NCBI GenBank assembly: GCA_965221775.1
Contig: CBDCSU010000006.1
Span: 1,920,001-1,984,000, forward strand
Origin: Candidatus Latescibacterota bacterium
GTDB taxonomy: Bacteria; Latescibacterota; UBA2968; UBA8231
Direction of reading: 5' to 3'
DNA length: 64,000 bases
Every line of letters begins with the position of its first letter. Position 1 is the stretch's first letter. The translations under genes and the position numbers were made by a program. Below are positions 27,934 to 38,041 of this stretch, one piece after another. The notes below the pieces were generated by a model. It was not told where the DNA came from, made no database searches, and was given only the letters and a program-made list of their open reading frames with translations.

Positions 27934-30847
27934 TCCCATTTCGATCGACTGAACCCGTTGACCCGGCAGACGTTGCGGAAGGAGCACCAAGTCGGACAGG
28001 GCACCTTGGGGTTGACTCGGAAATCGCCCGAGTCGACGGCCTCGCGGACTTCGCGGGCGACCTCCACCACCTCGTCCAACAGCAGGGCATCCTCGGGCCG
28101 CGAGGAGTCGAGATCCCACTCCGTGGCCTGGGGATCGAGCCAGGCGTAGCGGGCGATGATCCTCCCGGCCTTGGTCTCATGGCGTCCGGCATATCCGTAC
28201 AGCTGGAGCTGCACGCGACGTCTCTCCTCCAGGTGGGCCCTGGAGATCCCTCTCCCGGACTTGTAGTCGACGATGATCACCGCGTCCTCGCTCTGGTCGA
28301 CGCGATCGATCCTGGCCGTCACGAGCAGGGGCGGGTCCAGCGGGAGCGAGGCCTCGATCTCCTGCTCGGCGCCGAGGGTGCGTGTCACGCCGGACTGCTC
28401 GCTCCACTCGGCCTCCCGCCGCAGGAGCAGCTTCATCTTCTGAAAGGCGCCCTCCGCATCCAGCCGCCAGAGGGCGGACCGGCCGAAGCCCATCCTCGCC
28501 GGTGCGCTGTTCCACAGGCCGGGGCCGTTGGCATCGAGACGCGCCAGGACCTCGGGAAGGGTGTCGGGCACCAGCGCGCGCCCCTGCTCGACAAGGGGAG
28601 AGATGGCGTCCTGCAGGATCTCGTGAACGACGGTTCCCCGGATGGCGGCGTCAGCGGTCTCCAGCTCCTCCTCGATCTCGCGCAGACGGAGGGCGTACTG
28701 ACCGAAGAACTGGAAGGCGCAGGTCTCGTAGGACTCGATCCGGCTGGCGCTCCAGGTCCTGTCGGCGTCCGTCAGCCAGGGCACCAGTCCAGCGGTCAGG
28801 CGGCCCTCGTACTTGCCGGCATTCGCGAAGGAACGTCGCCGCCCTTCGACTGCGACCGCGGAGCGCACCATGGACCAGGCGGGTTCTCCACGGGGCCGGA
28901 GCCGGCCATCGCTCGACCATTGCCAGGTGCAGGCGATGGCCAGCTCGCGCGCGGAACTGGCTCCTTCGGGCCTTGGCATTTCCGCCTCGATGCGCGAGCC
29001 GGGCTGGAGACTGTCGTAGTAGTACGAAGCCGACACCGGTCGCCCGCGTTCGTTGAGCCGGGTCCTCCACAGGGACAGCACGCGGTCGGCGCGAGTCGAA
29101 GCGGACGCCCACAGTTCATCCTCCGAGAGCCGGGCCAGCGGCGGGACTTCGAGCCCGCATCGCCTCAGCACCTCGATGGCGTCCCTGTCGAGAAGCGAGT
29201 GGTGGCTTCTCGGGGCGGGGAACTCTCCCTCCACCAGGCCCCCCAGGGCGACGAAGTCGAAGCGCAGGCCGTGGAGGGTGTGCATCGGCGCGAGGAGGAC
29301 GCCGCCGGGCTCGCGCAGCAACACCGTGGGAGCGTCGAACGTTGCTTCGAGCCGGGCCAGGAACGACTCGAAGGACTCCGGCCCGCCCCCCAGTACCTCG
29401 TGCGTATGGATCAGCTCGCGAAGCTGGCCTCGCAGTGCGTCCAGCTCCACGTCGACGCCGGGCTCCGTCCTGGAGCGGGGATCCACCAGGGCCCTGGCGC
29501 CGAAGAGCGCTTCGTCGAGATGGCGCGCGTGCTCGGCCATCGTCCCGGGCGGCCGCTCCAGCAGCGCCTGCAGGTCCTCCAGGGCGGCCGACATACCCGA
29601 TGCAGCCCCCCGCAGCCACTCGCGGATCTGGTCGCTTTTCTTCGGATCGTCCGCGTCAGTGCGCAGACCGTCCACGGCGCGCCCGAGAGCGTCGAGTCCC
29701 GCCCAGAGGTTGTTCTCGCGCGCCGCCGGGCAAAGGCGGACACGCCTGAGCGGGAGAGCTGCCAGCGGCGCAGATCGACGAACCCGCTCGACAGCACGGC
29801 GACGACGTCGCGCAGGTGCCAGCCGTCGCGGGCCAGGTGCATCAGGCGGCGCAGCCAGGCCCCGAGGGGGCGGGCGCTCAGCGGCTCTCCGGCGGCCGGG
29901 TCGAGAGGCAGGTCATACTCGGAGAACACCTGCCGGGCCATGCCCAGATGCGGAGGGACCTGCCGGAAGGCGATGGCGAAGTCGGAGGGGCGAAGCGCCG
30001 GCTCATCGGTCAGGCGCTGCTTGATCTGGCGGGCGATCGCACGCAACTGGGCTTCCCTGTCGGCGGCGGCGCCTGCCACCGGGTCCGCGGGGGGTGCATC
30101 GCGGTCGAGCTCCGTGACCTCCGCATTCGGGAATCGATCGCGCAGCCGCCGGTAGTCGTGCCCGGCCCGGTCTCCCGCCCCCGGGTCCAGGGTGACGACG
30201 ACATCGGCCTTCCCGGCGAGGGCCTCCAGCAGGACCATCTCCGTCCCGCGGAAGAGATGGAAGCCATCGAGCAGGATCGCGCCGGGCAGGGCTGCGCCTG
30301 CCCTGACGACATCGGCGGCGGCCGCGCCGATCTGCAGCGGATGCGTCCAGTTCTCCTGTGTGAGCCTGGAGGTGTACCGCTCGTAGATGGCAGCCAGTGC
30401 CTCCAGGCTCCGCGACTCCGATCTCCTGGCGGCCTGCGACAGGGCTTCGGGATCCACGCCTTCGGCCAGCAGATCCCCGACGGCGCCGGCAAGGAGGCTC
30501 CGCAGGCCCCGGGTCCCCGCCACAGGCTTGAAGTAGGCGGCCGGACCCCTCTCGACCTCGGCGCGCAGGGTCCGCTGCAGCAGCTCCTCCGCCAGCCCGT
30601 GGGAGGGCACCCTCGTATCGGAGGCCAGGGTCCGGCTGAACTGGCCGATCGTCTCGACCCGCAGGCCGAGAGCCACCCCGCACCGGCCGACCAGGCGGCG
30701 GCGGAACTGGTCTCCGTGGCGCACCGTCGGGACCAGCACGATCGCTTCGGAGAACGGGTCGGCCTCGTAACGGGCGGCCAGCCTCGAGATGACCTCGTCC
30801 GTCTTGCCGCTGCCGGGACCGCCGACGAGGAGGGTTGGTTCAGCCAT
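27930..30847 (-). CDS. addB: AddB-like nuclease subunit, split by a 1-nt frameshift near 29725
   Basis: N-terminal GGPGSGKT. C-terminal SASRIESYETC, RIDRVD, DYKSG, QLQLY and CPTWCSFRNVC. Adding one G at CGGCGG^CGCGCGAG restores ..FARRARENNLWAG.. Confidence 0.82.
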
Positions 30848-31042
30848 GCAATCCGGCGGCTGTGTTCAGCCGTGCTGCAAAGGGTTGAGGGGGTCAAGGA
30901 GTATACGGAACGAGGCCCTTTGGGGGGGTGCGGCCCCGGGTGGAGTGAATCCCCCCGGCCCCCTATTATTGACCAGCGCAGGTCGCGCAGCCCTTCTCAT
31001 CCACCCGGTGAGCGGGGCTTTTTCTCTATTCCCGGACCGAGC

Positions 31043-32317
31043 ATGAGCGAGTCCCGCATCCACCTGGCCATCGTCGGCTGCGGCGGCATGGGCCACCGGC
31101 ACCTCTACGGGCTCGCCGAGCTCGCCCGCGCCGGTCTGTCGCCCTTCGAGCTGGTGGGCGCCTGCGACCCGGAGGAGGAGAACGCCGCCTCCCTGGCCGA
31201 CCAGGCCGGGAAGCTGCTCGGCCGGCGCCCGGAGGTGGCGGGATCGCTGGAATCGCTGGCCGCCGCCGCGGAGGTGCACGCCATCGACCTGACGACGACC
31301 CCGCGGGCCCACCACTCCGTGGCCGTGGAGGCCCTCGGCCGCGGCTGGCACGTCATGTGCGAGAAGCCCCTGGGGCTGACGGCGCGCGCCTGCCGGCTCA
31401 TGGTCGAGGCCGCGGAGGCGTCGGGGCGGGTCCTGTCCACGGCCGAGAACTACCGCCGCGACCCGATGAACCGCCTCGGCAAGGCGCTCCTCGACGCCGG
31501 CGTCATCGGCGAGCCCCGGCTGATGTTGCAGCACTCCCTCGGCGGCGGCGACGGCATGCTGATCTCTGTCTGGCGTCACCGCAAGGACTCGAGCGGGGTG
31601 CTGCTGGACGTGGGTGTCCACTTTGCCGACATCCTCGAGTACTACCTCGGTCCGGCGGCCACGGTCTATGCCCAGACGCGGCTCCACGAGCCCGTGCGCA
31701 AGAACCCGGCCGCCGGCCGGGAGGCCGTCGACGGCGGACCCGCCGGCGTGTACGGCCGCTGGCAGAGAAAGATGCCCGCCGAGTTCGAGGCCACCGCCGA
31801 TGACGCCGCCTATGCCACGATCCTCTTCCAGTCGGGGGCCGTGGCCTCCTACATCGAGGACCACGCCGGCCGCGGCGAGGATCTGCGGAAGCGGGCGATC
31901 TACGGCTCCCTCGGCTCCCTGGACCTGCCGGGCGACCGCAGCGGCCGCCCCCTCACCCTGCACCTGCCCGGGCAGGATCCGGTGACCGGCGCCCCGCTGC
32001 TCGAGCTGGTGCCCGGGTTCCGGCTGGACGAGCCCACGGCGGTGCTCTTCGGCGGCGACCGGTTGGGGGAGTACGGCTTCGAGTTCGCGGAGATCGACCG
32101 CAAGATCCTCGCCGTGGAGTACGCCGACTTCGGCGCCGCCATCGCCGGCGAGTGCGGCCGCCCCGAGGTCGACGGCCGCCAGGGGGCACGCTCGGTGGCC
32201 CTGGCCTACGCCTGGATGGAGTCGCAGGCCGCCGGGCGGGCGGTCACGGTGGAGGAGGTCCTCGAGGACCGCCTGCACGCCTATCAGGACGACATCAACG
32301 AGAGTCTGGGGATCTGA
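31043..32317 (+). CDS. Gfo/Idh/MocA-family oxidoreductase
   Basis: AIVGCGGMG, CEKPL, ENYRRDP and DVGVHFAD. Confidence 0.9.
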   Translation: MSESRIHLAIVGCGGMGHRHLYGLAELARAGLSPFELVGACDPEEENAASLADQAGKLLGRRPEVAGSLESLAAAAEVHAIDLTTTPRAHHSVAVEALGRGWHVMCEKPLGLTARACRLMVEAAEASGRVLSTAENYRRDPMNRLGKALLDAGVIGEPRLMLQHSLGGGDGMLISVWRHRKDSSGVLLDVGVHFADILEYYLGPAATVYAQTRLHEPVRKNPAAGREAVDGGPAGVYGRWQRKMPAEFEATADDAAYATILFQSGAVASYIEDHAGRGEDLRKRAIYGSLGSLDLPGDRSGRPLTLHLPGQDPVTGAPLLELVPGFRLDEPTAVLFGGDRLGEYGFEFAEIDRKILAVEYADFGAAIAGECGRPEVDGRQGARSVALAYAWMESQAAGRAVTVEEVLEDRLHAYQDDINESLGI

Positions 32318-33123
32318 TGGCCGCCATCCTCTGCCCCCGCTGCCACAAGCTGATCAGCGCCGACGAGCCCCGGTGTCCGCACTGCGGGCAGATCCGCCCC
32401 GGCATGTTCGGCCTCGCCAGCCGCATGCGGAAGCTCGGCCTGAGCCTCGACTTCCCCCACGTGATCACCGTGGTCTGCGTGGGCCTGTACGTCTTGTGCC
32501 TGGCCCTGGACCCGGGCGCCATCCTGCAGACCCGGGGGCTGATGAGCATCCTGGCGCCGTCGTCGAGAGCCACCCTCGAGGCGGGCATGACCGGCGGCTA
32601 CCCGGTCCTCTACCTCGGCCGCTGGTGGACGGTGATCACCGCCATCTACCTCCACGGCAGCCTGCTCCACATCTTCTTCAACCTCATGTGGGTGCGGCAG
32701 CTGGGGCCGCTGGTGAGCGAGCTCTTCGGCCCGTGGCGGCTGTTCGCCATCTTCACCATCTCGGGGGCGGTCGGCTTCATCGCCTCGGTGGCCATGGGCA
32801 GCGCCGCCACCCTGGGCGCCTCGGGGTCGATCTTCGGGCTGCTGGCCGCCGCCATCGCCTACGGCCGCCGACGCGGCGCCGACCTGTTCACCCGCCAGTA
32901 CCTGCAGTGGGCGGTGCTGCTCTTCATCTTCGGCCTCCTCATGCCCAACATCGACAACTGGGCCCACGGCGGCGGCTTCGTCGGCGGCTATGCCGCGGCC
33001 TGGATGTTCAGCCGCTCTCCCGACGAGCGCGAGGGCATCGGCACCTACGTCCTGGCCGGGCTCTGCGCCGTGGCCACGGTCCTCGCCTTCCTCTTCCAGT
33101 TCTTCGCCGCCATCACCTCTTGA
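32317..33123 (+). CDS. Rhomboid intramembrane serine protease with N-terminal zinc ribbon
   Basis: CPRC..CPHC, HIFFN, GASG and AHGGG. TGATG coupling to the upstream gene. Confidence 0.9.
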   Translation: MAAILCPRCHKLISADEPRCPHCGQIRPGMFGLASRMRKLGLSLDFPHVITVVCVGLYVLCLALDPGAILQTRGLMSILAPSSRATLEAGMTGGYPVLYLGRWWTVITAIYLHGSLLHIFFNLMWVRQLGPLVSELFGPWRLFAIFTISGAVGFIASVAMGSAATLGASGSIFGLLAAAIAYGRRRGADLFTRQYLQWAVLLFIFGLLMPNIDNWAHGGGFVGGYAAAWMFSRSPDEREGIGTYVLAGLCAVATVLAFLFQFFAAITS

Positions 33124-33782
33124 GCACCGCCGCCGAGCTCCTCGACGTGCTCGCCGAGGACGGCAGCGTCGTGAGCCGCAAGCCGCGCCACCTCGTGCAC
33201 CGCGACCACGACCTGCACGGGCTCGTCTTCGTGTGGTCGGCCTTCGCCGCGGGGGAGCGGCCGGTGATGGTCCTGCAGCGCCGGGGCCGCCCGGGCGACC
33301 CCTACGCCGGCCAGGTCGACGCCCTCGCCGGCGGTCACATCCTCGCCGGCGAGACCGCCGTCGACGCCGGCCGGCGGGAGCTGCTCGAAGAGGTGGGGCT
33401 GACGGCCGCCGCCGGCGACCTGCTCTTCCTGGGGTCGAGCCGCATGGAGCGGCCCACCGGCGACTGCCGCAGAATCGTGCAGCACCTGCTGCTCTACCCG
33501 GTGCCGCTGGAGCTGTCGCAACTGCGGTTCAGCGACGAGGTGGACGGCCTCGCCGAGGTCGATCTGGAGGAGTTCTCGGAGCTGATACTGGGGAGGCGGT
33601 CGAGTCTGCGGGGGCGGATCCGGTTCGCCGGCGAGCGGGAACAGATCGTCGAGCAGGAACTGCCGAGATCGGCGGTGGCCGGCTATCCGGACGAGATCCT
33701 CGACACCTTCCGGCGCAGCCTCGCCTCCATCCGGGGCTGGGCCCGCACCGGGCAGATCGATCCTGGTTGTTTCGCGGGGTGA
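33120..33782 (+). CDS. Nudix hydrolase (IPP isomerase-like)
   Basis: TTG start overlapping the upstream stop. LQRR...GGHILAGE...AGRRELLEEVGL. Confidence 0.82.
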   Translation: MSTAAELLDVLAEDGSVVSRKPRHLVHRDHDLHGLVFVWSAFAAGERPVMVLQRRGRPGDPYAGQVDALAGGHILAGETAVDAGRRELLEEVGLTAAAGDLLFLGSSRMERPTGDCRRIVQHLLLYPVPLELSQLRFSDEVDGLAEVDLEEFSELILGRRSSLRGRIRFAGEREQIVEQELPRSAVAGYPDEILDTFRRSLASIRGWARTGQIDPGCFAG

Positions 33783-34045
33783 CGAGGCGTCGGGCGCGGC
33801 GGGGGTCCGGGGTGGCGCACGCCCGGCCGATTCGCTCCCGGCTGCATCGAGGGGTGGGGTGCCGGGCGCGGGGCCCCGCCGGCGTGTGCATCGATCCTGC
33901 TGTTTCACGGACTGCAAGCGTGCCGGGCGCGGCGGGCCCCGCCGGGGTGTCCAGGCCAGGCTGCAAACGCGAAATGCGCGGAAGGGCTCGGACGGGGTGT
34001 TGCGGGCCGAGTGATCCCGGCTGCGTCGCGGCGCCTAGAGGGGTG
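33754..34045. repeat. Degenerate intergenic repeats
   Basis: ATCGATCCTG(G)(T/C)TGTTTC occurs at ~33755 and ~33890. GTGCCGGGCGCGG..GGCCCCGCCGG occurs twice. TCCCGGCTGC occurs twice. Confidence 0.5.
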
Positions 34046-34074
34046 GGGGCCGGCGCGAGTGCCCGGGGGCTGCG

Positions 34075-34740
34075 TCAGGCCAGGACGCGCACCTCGCCGT
34101 CCTCGACGCGCACCGGGTAGCTGGCGACGCTGCGGCCGGGGCGGGTGAGACAGGCGCCGCTGGTGACGTCGAAGGTCCAGCCGTGGCGGTGGCAGGTGAC
34201 GACGCTGCCATCCAGGGAGCCGCAGCCGAGCTCGCCGCCCTCGTGGAGGCAGGTGTTGGAGGTGGCGTGGAAGGACCCGTCGACGTTGAACAGGGCCAGG
34301 GAGCGGCCCCGGGCCTCGACGACGACGGCGCCCCCCGGGGGCAGGTCGCCGGCCCGGGCCACCGTCGTCCACTCGGGGTCGCCGGGGGGCTCGGCGGGTT
34401 CCTCCGCGGGGTCGGCGGGAAGGTCGAGGGAGCGCAGGACCTGCACTGCCTCGATCACGTTGGTCAGACCCGCGGCGGGGTAGGCGCAGAGGATGGCGTC
34501 GAGGACCTCGTCGCGGGTGGCGCCCTCGCGCATGGCCCGCGGGATGTACTGGCGCAGGCCGCGCGGCGACAGGCGCACGACCTTGGTGACGATGGAGATC
34601 AGAAAGCGGGTCTTGGGGTCGAGGTGGCGCCCCGACTCCCGAAAGAAGGCGAGGAGGTGGCCCATCGCCTCGGGGCGCTCCCGCGACAGCCACTTCAGAC
34701 CGCTGAGCTTCTCGCCGTCCCTGCCTTCGTCGTCTGCCAT
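34075..34740 (-). CDS. Carboxymuconolactone-decarboxylase-like domain fused to Rieske [2Fe-2S] ferredoxin
   Basis: LDPKTRFLI...GATRDEVLDAI CMD-like helices, and Rieske ligands CLH and CHRH(GWTFD). Confidence 0.82.
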   Translation of the reverse strand: MADDEGRDGEKLSGLKWLSRERPEAMGHLLAFFRESGRHLDPKTRFLISIVTKVVRLSPRGLRQYIPRAMREGATRDEVLDAILCAYPAAGLTNVIEAVQVLRSLDLPADPAEEPAEPPGDPEWTTVARAGDLPPGGAVVVEARGRSLALFNVDGSFHATSNTCLHEGGELGCGSLDGSVVTCHRHGWTFDVTSGACLTRPGRSVASYPVRVEDGEVRVLA

Positions 34741-34755
34741 GGGTAGAATATAACC
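34741..34755. promoter_or_regulatory. Overlapping bidirectional -10 elements, probably leaderless in both directions
   Basis: Plus strand TAGAAT(34744-49), 6 nt, GTG. Minus strand TATATT(34752-47), 6 nt, ATG. Confidence 0.65.
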
Positions 34756-36510
34756 GTGCCTGAGAGATGCGATACGCGTGACGCCCGACGCCTGGCCGCC
34801 CTGCTGGAGCGGATCGACGGTTCCGGCTACCGGGCCTACCGCGACCTGCGCGGCGCCTGGGACTTCGGCGAGGCCGAGGTCCCCTTCCGCCAGCACGTCG
34901 ATCACGTGCAGGCCGACCCCTTCGCCGCCCCGAGCCGCATGCGCGTCCGCCTCGACCCGTCCGTGGCCGGCTTTCCCGCCCGCAGTTTCACCGCGGGTCC
35001 CCGGCGGCGCGCCCTGTGCTCGTACCTGGCGCTGCGGTTCTCGGACGAGGCCGGTGATTCGCCCCGGGGCGCGGGATCGGGCCACTCGGGCCGGATCGCC
35101 ATCGACCGCCCGGGGCAGCAGGTGCTGGAGCGGACCTGCGTCCTCATCGGCGACGAGGGCTCGGTGGAAGCGCGGTTCGTCGCCGGGTTGCCCGCCGCCG
35201 GTCGCCGGGTTCTGGGACGGGCCGCCGCCGACCTGCTCTGCCGCCGCCTGCCCGGGATCGTCGCCCGCGCGCTGCTCTGGGAGAGCTGCGACGAGGGCGA
35301 GATCGACGAGTGGACGCGCACCGCCGAGGACGCCGCCGCTCTGCGCGCGGCCCTGGCCGAGGGCGGATGGGTCGGCTTTGTCGCCGACGGGGCGGTGCTG
35401 CCCCGCCGGTCCGGCGTCGACGACCGGCCCCTGGCCGGCGCCGTCCCCTTCCGCTCTCCCCCCTCGCTGCGGGTGGAGCTGCCCACGCCCAACGCCGGTC
35501 CGGTGACGGGCATGGGAATCCCGGAGGGCGTGACCCTCATCGTCGGGGGCGGGTTCCACGGCAAGTCGACGCTGCTGTCAGCGCTGGCCCGCGGCGTCTA
35601 CGACCACCGGCCCGGGGACGGCCGCGAGCGGGTGGTCACCGATCCCACGGCGGTGGCGGTGCGCGCCGAGGACGGCCGCAGCACCGCCGGCGTCGACCTG
35701 AGCCCCTTCATCGGCGACCTTCCCTTCGACCACGACAACGCCTTCTTCTGCACCGGCCACGCTTCGGGCTCGACTTCCCAGGCGGCGGCGATCGTCGAGG
35801 CCCTGGAAGCCGGCACCCGCTGCCTGCTGGTCGACGAGGACACGGCGGCGACCAACTTCATGATCCGCGACGGCCGCATGCAGCAGCTCGTGGCCCGGGA
35901 GCAGGAGCCGGTGCGGCCCTTCATCGACCGGGTGCGCCAGCTCCACGAGGAGGCGGGCGTCTCCACGGTCCTGGTCATGGGCGGGACGGGCGACTACTTC
36001 GGCGAGGCGGACACGGTGATCGCCATGGAGCGCTACGAGCCGCGCGACGTGACCGTCCGCGCCCACGCCATCGCCCGCGCCCACGCGGGGGACCGCACCC
36101 GGGAGACGACGGGTCCGGTGGCGGGGGGAGTCTCGCGCGTGCCCCTGCCGGAGAGCATCGACCCGAGGCGCGGGCGCCGCGAGGTGAGCTGGAAGGCGAG
36201 GGGGCCCTTCGAGCTGCGCTTCGGGGAGGAGGAGATCGACCTCTCCGCCGTGGCGCAGCTGGTCGACGCGGGACAGACGCGGGCCATCGCCGAGGCCATC
36301 CTCCGGGGGCGGGAGCGCTACATCGACGGCCGCCGCGGCCTGGCGGAGATCCTCGACCGGCTGATGGCCGATGTCGCCGCCGGGGGGCTGGACGCCCTCT
36401 CCTCCCGGCCCTCGGGGGATCTCGCCGGTTTCCGCCGCTTCGAGCTGGCTGCCGCCCTCAACCGGCTGCGCACCTTGCGGGTGCGCCACCCGGAGGAGGT
36501 TTCCGCGTGA
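34756..36510 (+). CDS. Predicted ABC-class P-loop ATPase (ABC_ATPase family)
   Basis: DHVQADPFAAPSR, GGGFHGKST, ASGSTSQAA, LLVDEDTAATNFMIRD and AALNRLR. Confidence 0.88.
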   Translation: MPERCDTRDARRLAALLERIDGSGYRAYRDLRGAWDFGEAEVPFRQHVDHVQADPFAAPSRMRVRLDPSVAGFPARSFTAGPRRRALCSYLALRFSDEAGDSPRGAGSGHSGRIAIDRPGQQVLERTCVLIGDEGSVEARFVAGLPAAGRRVLGRAAADLLCRRLPGIVARALLWESCDEGEIDEWTRTAEDAAALRAALAEGGWVGFVADGAVLPRRSGVDDRPLAGAVPFRSPPSLRVELPTPNAGPVTGMGIPEGVTLIVGGGFHGKSTLLSALARGVYDHRPGDGRERVVTDPTAVAVRAEDGRSTAGVDLSPFIGDLPFDHDNAFFCTGHASGSTSQAAAIVEALEAGTRCLLVDEDTAATNFMIRDGRMQQLVAREQEPVRPFIDRVRQLHEEAGVSTVLVMGGTGDYFGEADTVIAMERYEPRDVTVRAHAIARAHAGDRTRETTGPVAGGVSRVPLPESIDPRRGRREVSWKARGPFELRFGEEEIDLSAVAQLVDAGQTRAIAEAILRGRERYIDGRRGLAEILDRLMADVAAGGLDALSSRPSGDLAGFRRFELAAALNRLRTLRVRHPEEVSA

Positions 36511-37265
36511 TCTCGGTGGAGGCGGTCACCCGCGTCTTCGGCTCCGGCGCCGGCGCCATCACCGCCGTGGACGATGTCTCCTTCCAGGTCGATCGGGGGG
36601 AGATCGTCGGCTTCGTGGGGCCCAACGGCGCCGGCAAGTCGACGATGCTGAAGATGCTGGCCACCTACCTGCTGCCCACCTCGGGAAGCATCTCCGTCGC
36701 CGGGCACGATGCCGCCGAGGACCCCCTGGAGGTGCGCCGCCGCATCGGCTACCTGCCGGGGGACACGCCCCTCTACGGCGACATGGTGGTCGAGGACCTG
36801 CTGCGCTTCGCGGCGCGCGCCCACGGCCTGGGCGGGGACCGCCTCGAGGAGGCCGTGGAGCGCACCGTCGACCTGTGCGGCATCGGCCCCGTCCGCACCC
36901 TGCGGGTGCGCCAGTGCTCCACGGGGTTCCGCCAGCGCGTGGGCCTGTCCATCGCTCTCGTCCACGACCCGCCGGTGCTGCTGCTGGACGAGCCGACCCA
37001 CGGCTTCGACCCGCTGCAGGTGATCGCCTTCCGCCAGCAGCTCGCCGGTCTCAAGCAGGACCGGGCGATCCTGTTCTCCACCCACATCATCCCCGACGTG
37101 GAGGCCGTGAGCGACCGCGTCCTCATCATCCACCAGGGCCGCCTCCTCGGCGACGGCCCCCTGGGGGAGCAGGTTGAAGCCGCCGGCCTTCCGGAAGCCG
37201 GCCTCGAGGAGCTCTTCGCCCACCTCGTCTCCGCCTCCGGCGACGATCATGGCCTCGGACGCTGA
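36507..37265 (+). CDS. ABC transporter ATP-binding protein (GldA-like)
   Basis: GPNGAGKST, signature STGFRQRV, LLDEPT and STH. GTGA coupling. Confidence 0.92.
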   Translation: MISVEAVTRVFGSGAGAITAVDDVSFQVDRGEIVGFVGPNGAGKSTMLKMLATYLLPTSGSISVAGHDAAEDPLEVRRRIGYLPGDTPLYGDMVVEDLLRFAARAHGLGGDRLEEAVERTVDLCGIGPVRTLRVRQCSTGFRQRVGLSIALVHDPPVLLLDEPTHGFDPLQVIAFRQQLAGLKQDRAILFSTHIIPDVEAVSDRVLIIHQGRLLGDGPLGEQVEAAGLPEAGLEELFAHLVSASGDDHGLGR

Positions 37266-38031
37266 GACCGGGGGACGGGGGCGCCTCCTCCGCGACTTCG
37301 CCGCCGGCGCGCGTCTGGTCGCCGGCCGCGAGCTGCGCGCCATCTTCGACTCCCCCATCGCCTACATCTACGCGGGCGTCTTCCTGGTCCTGTCGGGGAC
37401 CACCTTCATGAACGCCTTCTTCCTCGAAGGCGTCGTCGACATGTCCCCCTGGTTCGAGGTCCTGCCCTTCCTGCTGATCCCCTTCGTGCCGGCCATCACC
37501 ATGCGCTCCTGGTCGGAGGAGCACGCCCAGGGGACGGTGGAGCTGCTGCTGACCCTGCCCCTGGAGCCGATGCGGGTGGTGGCCGGCAAGTACGCCGCCG
37601 CCCTTCTCTACTACCTCGTCGTCATCGCCGGGTCCCTGCCGATCGTGGTCATGCTGGTGTGGCTGGGGGAGCCCGACCTGGGCATGATCCTGGCCGGCTA
37701 TCTGGGCGCCCTGCTCCTCGGCGCCCTGTTCCTCGCCTTCGGCCAGTTCCTCTCCAGCCTGACCCACAACCAGATCGTCGCCTTCGTCCTCGCCGCCATG
37801 ACCGCCTTCCTCCTCGTCTTCAGCGGCCATCCGCAGGCGGTGGAGATCCTCGACGGCCTCGCCCCGGCCTGGCAGCCGGGGACCTGGCTGGCCGAGTCGG
37901 TCTCCTGCCTGCCCCACTACCAGGCCTTCGCCGGCGGTCTGGTCGGGCTGGACCATCTCCTCTACTTCGTCCTCCTCTGCGCCTTCTTCCTGTGGATGAC
38001 GCGGATCGGCCTGCAGCGCCTCAAGTACTGA
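37249..38031 (+). CDS. ABC-2 type permease (GldF-like)
   Basis: RELRAIFDSPIAY, PAITMRSWSEE..GTVELLLTLP and SSLTHNQIVA. Confidence 0.9.
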   Translation: MASDAETGGRGRLLRDFAAGARLVAGRELRAIFDSPIAYIYAGVFLVLSGTTFMNAFFLEGVVDMSPWFEVLPFLLIPFVPAITMRSWSEEHAQGTVELLLTLPLEPMRVVAGKYAAALLYYLVVIAGSLPIVVMLVWLGEPDLGMILAGYLGALLLGALFLAFGQFLSSLTHNQIVAFVLAAMTAFLLVFSGHPQAVEILDGLAPAWQPGTWLAESVSCLPHYQAFAGGLVGLDHLLYFVLLCAFFLWMTRIGLQRLKY

Positions 38032-38041
38032 AGGAATCGCC

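Noticed and set aside
24637-30847. AddAB pair as a second defence system
   Set aside because: Canonical addB-addA order and motifs, consistent with housekeeping DNA repair.
30925-30965. Cobalamin riboswitch or tRNA-like element (GGTG..GAATCC..GCCCCC)
   Set aside because: Lacks the GGGAA and ACTG(T) boxes and cannot form a cloverleaf. Kept only as an unknown structured RNA candidate.
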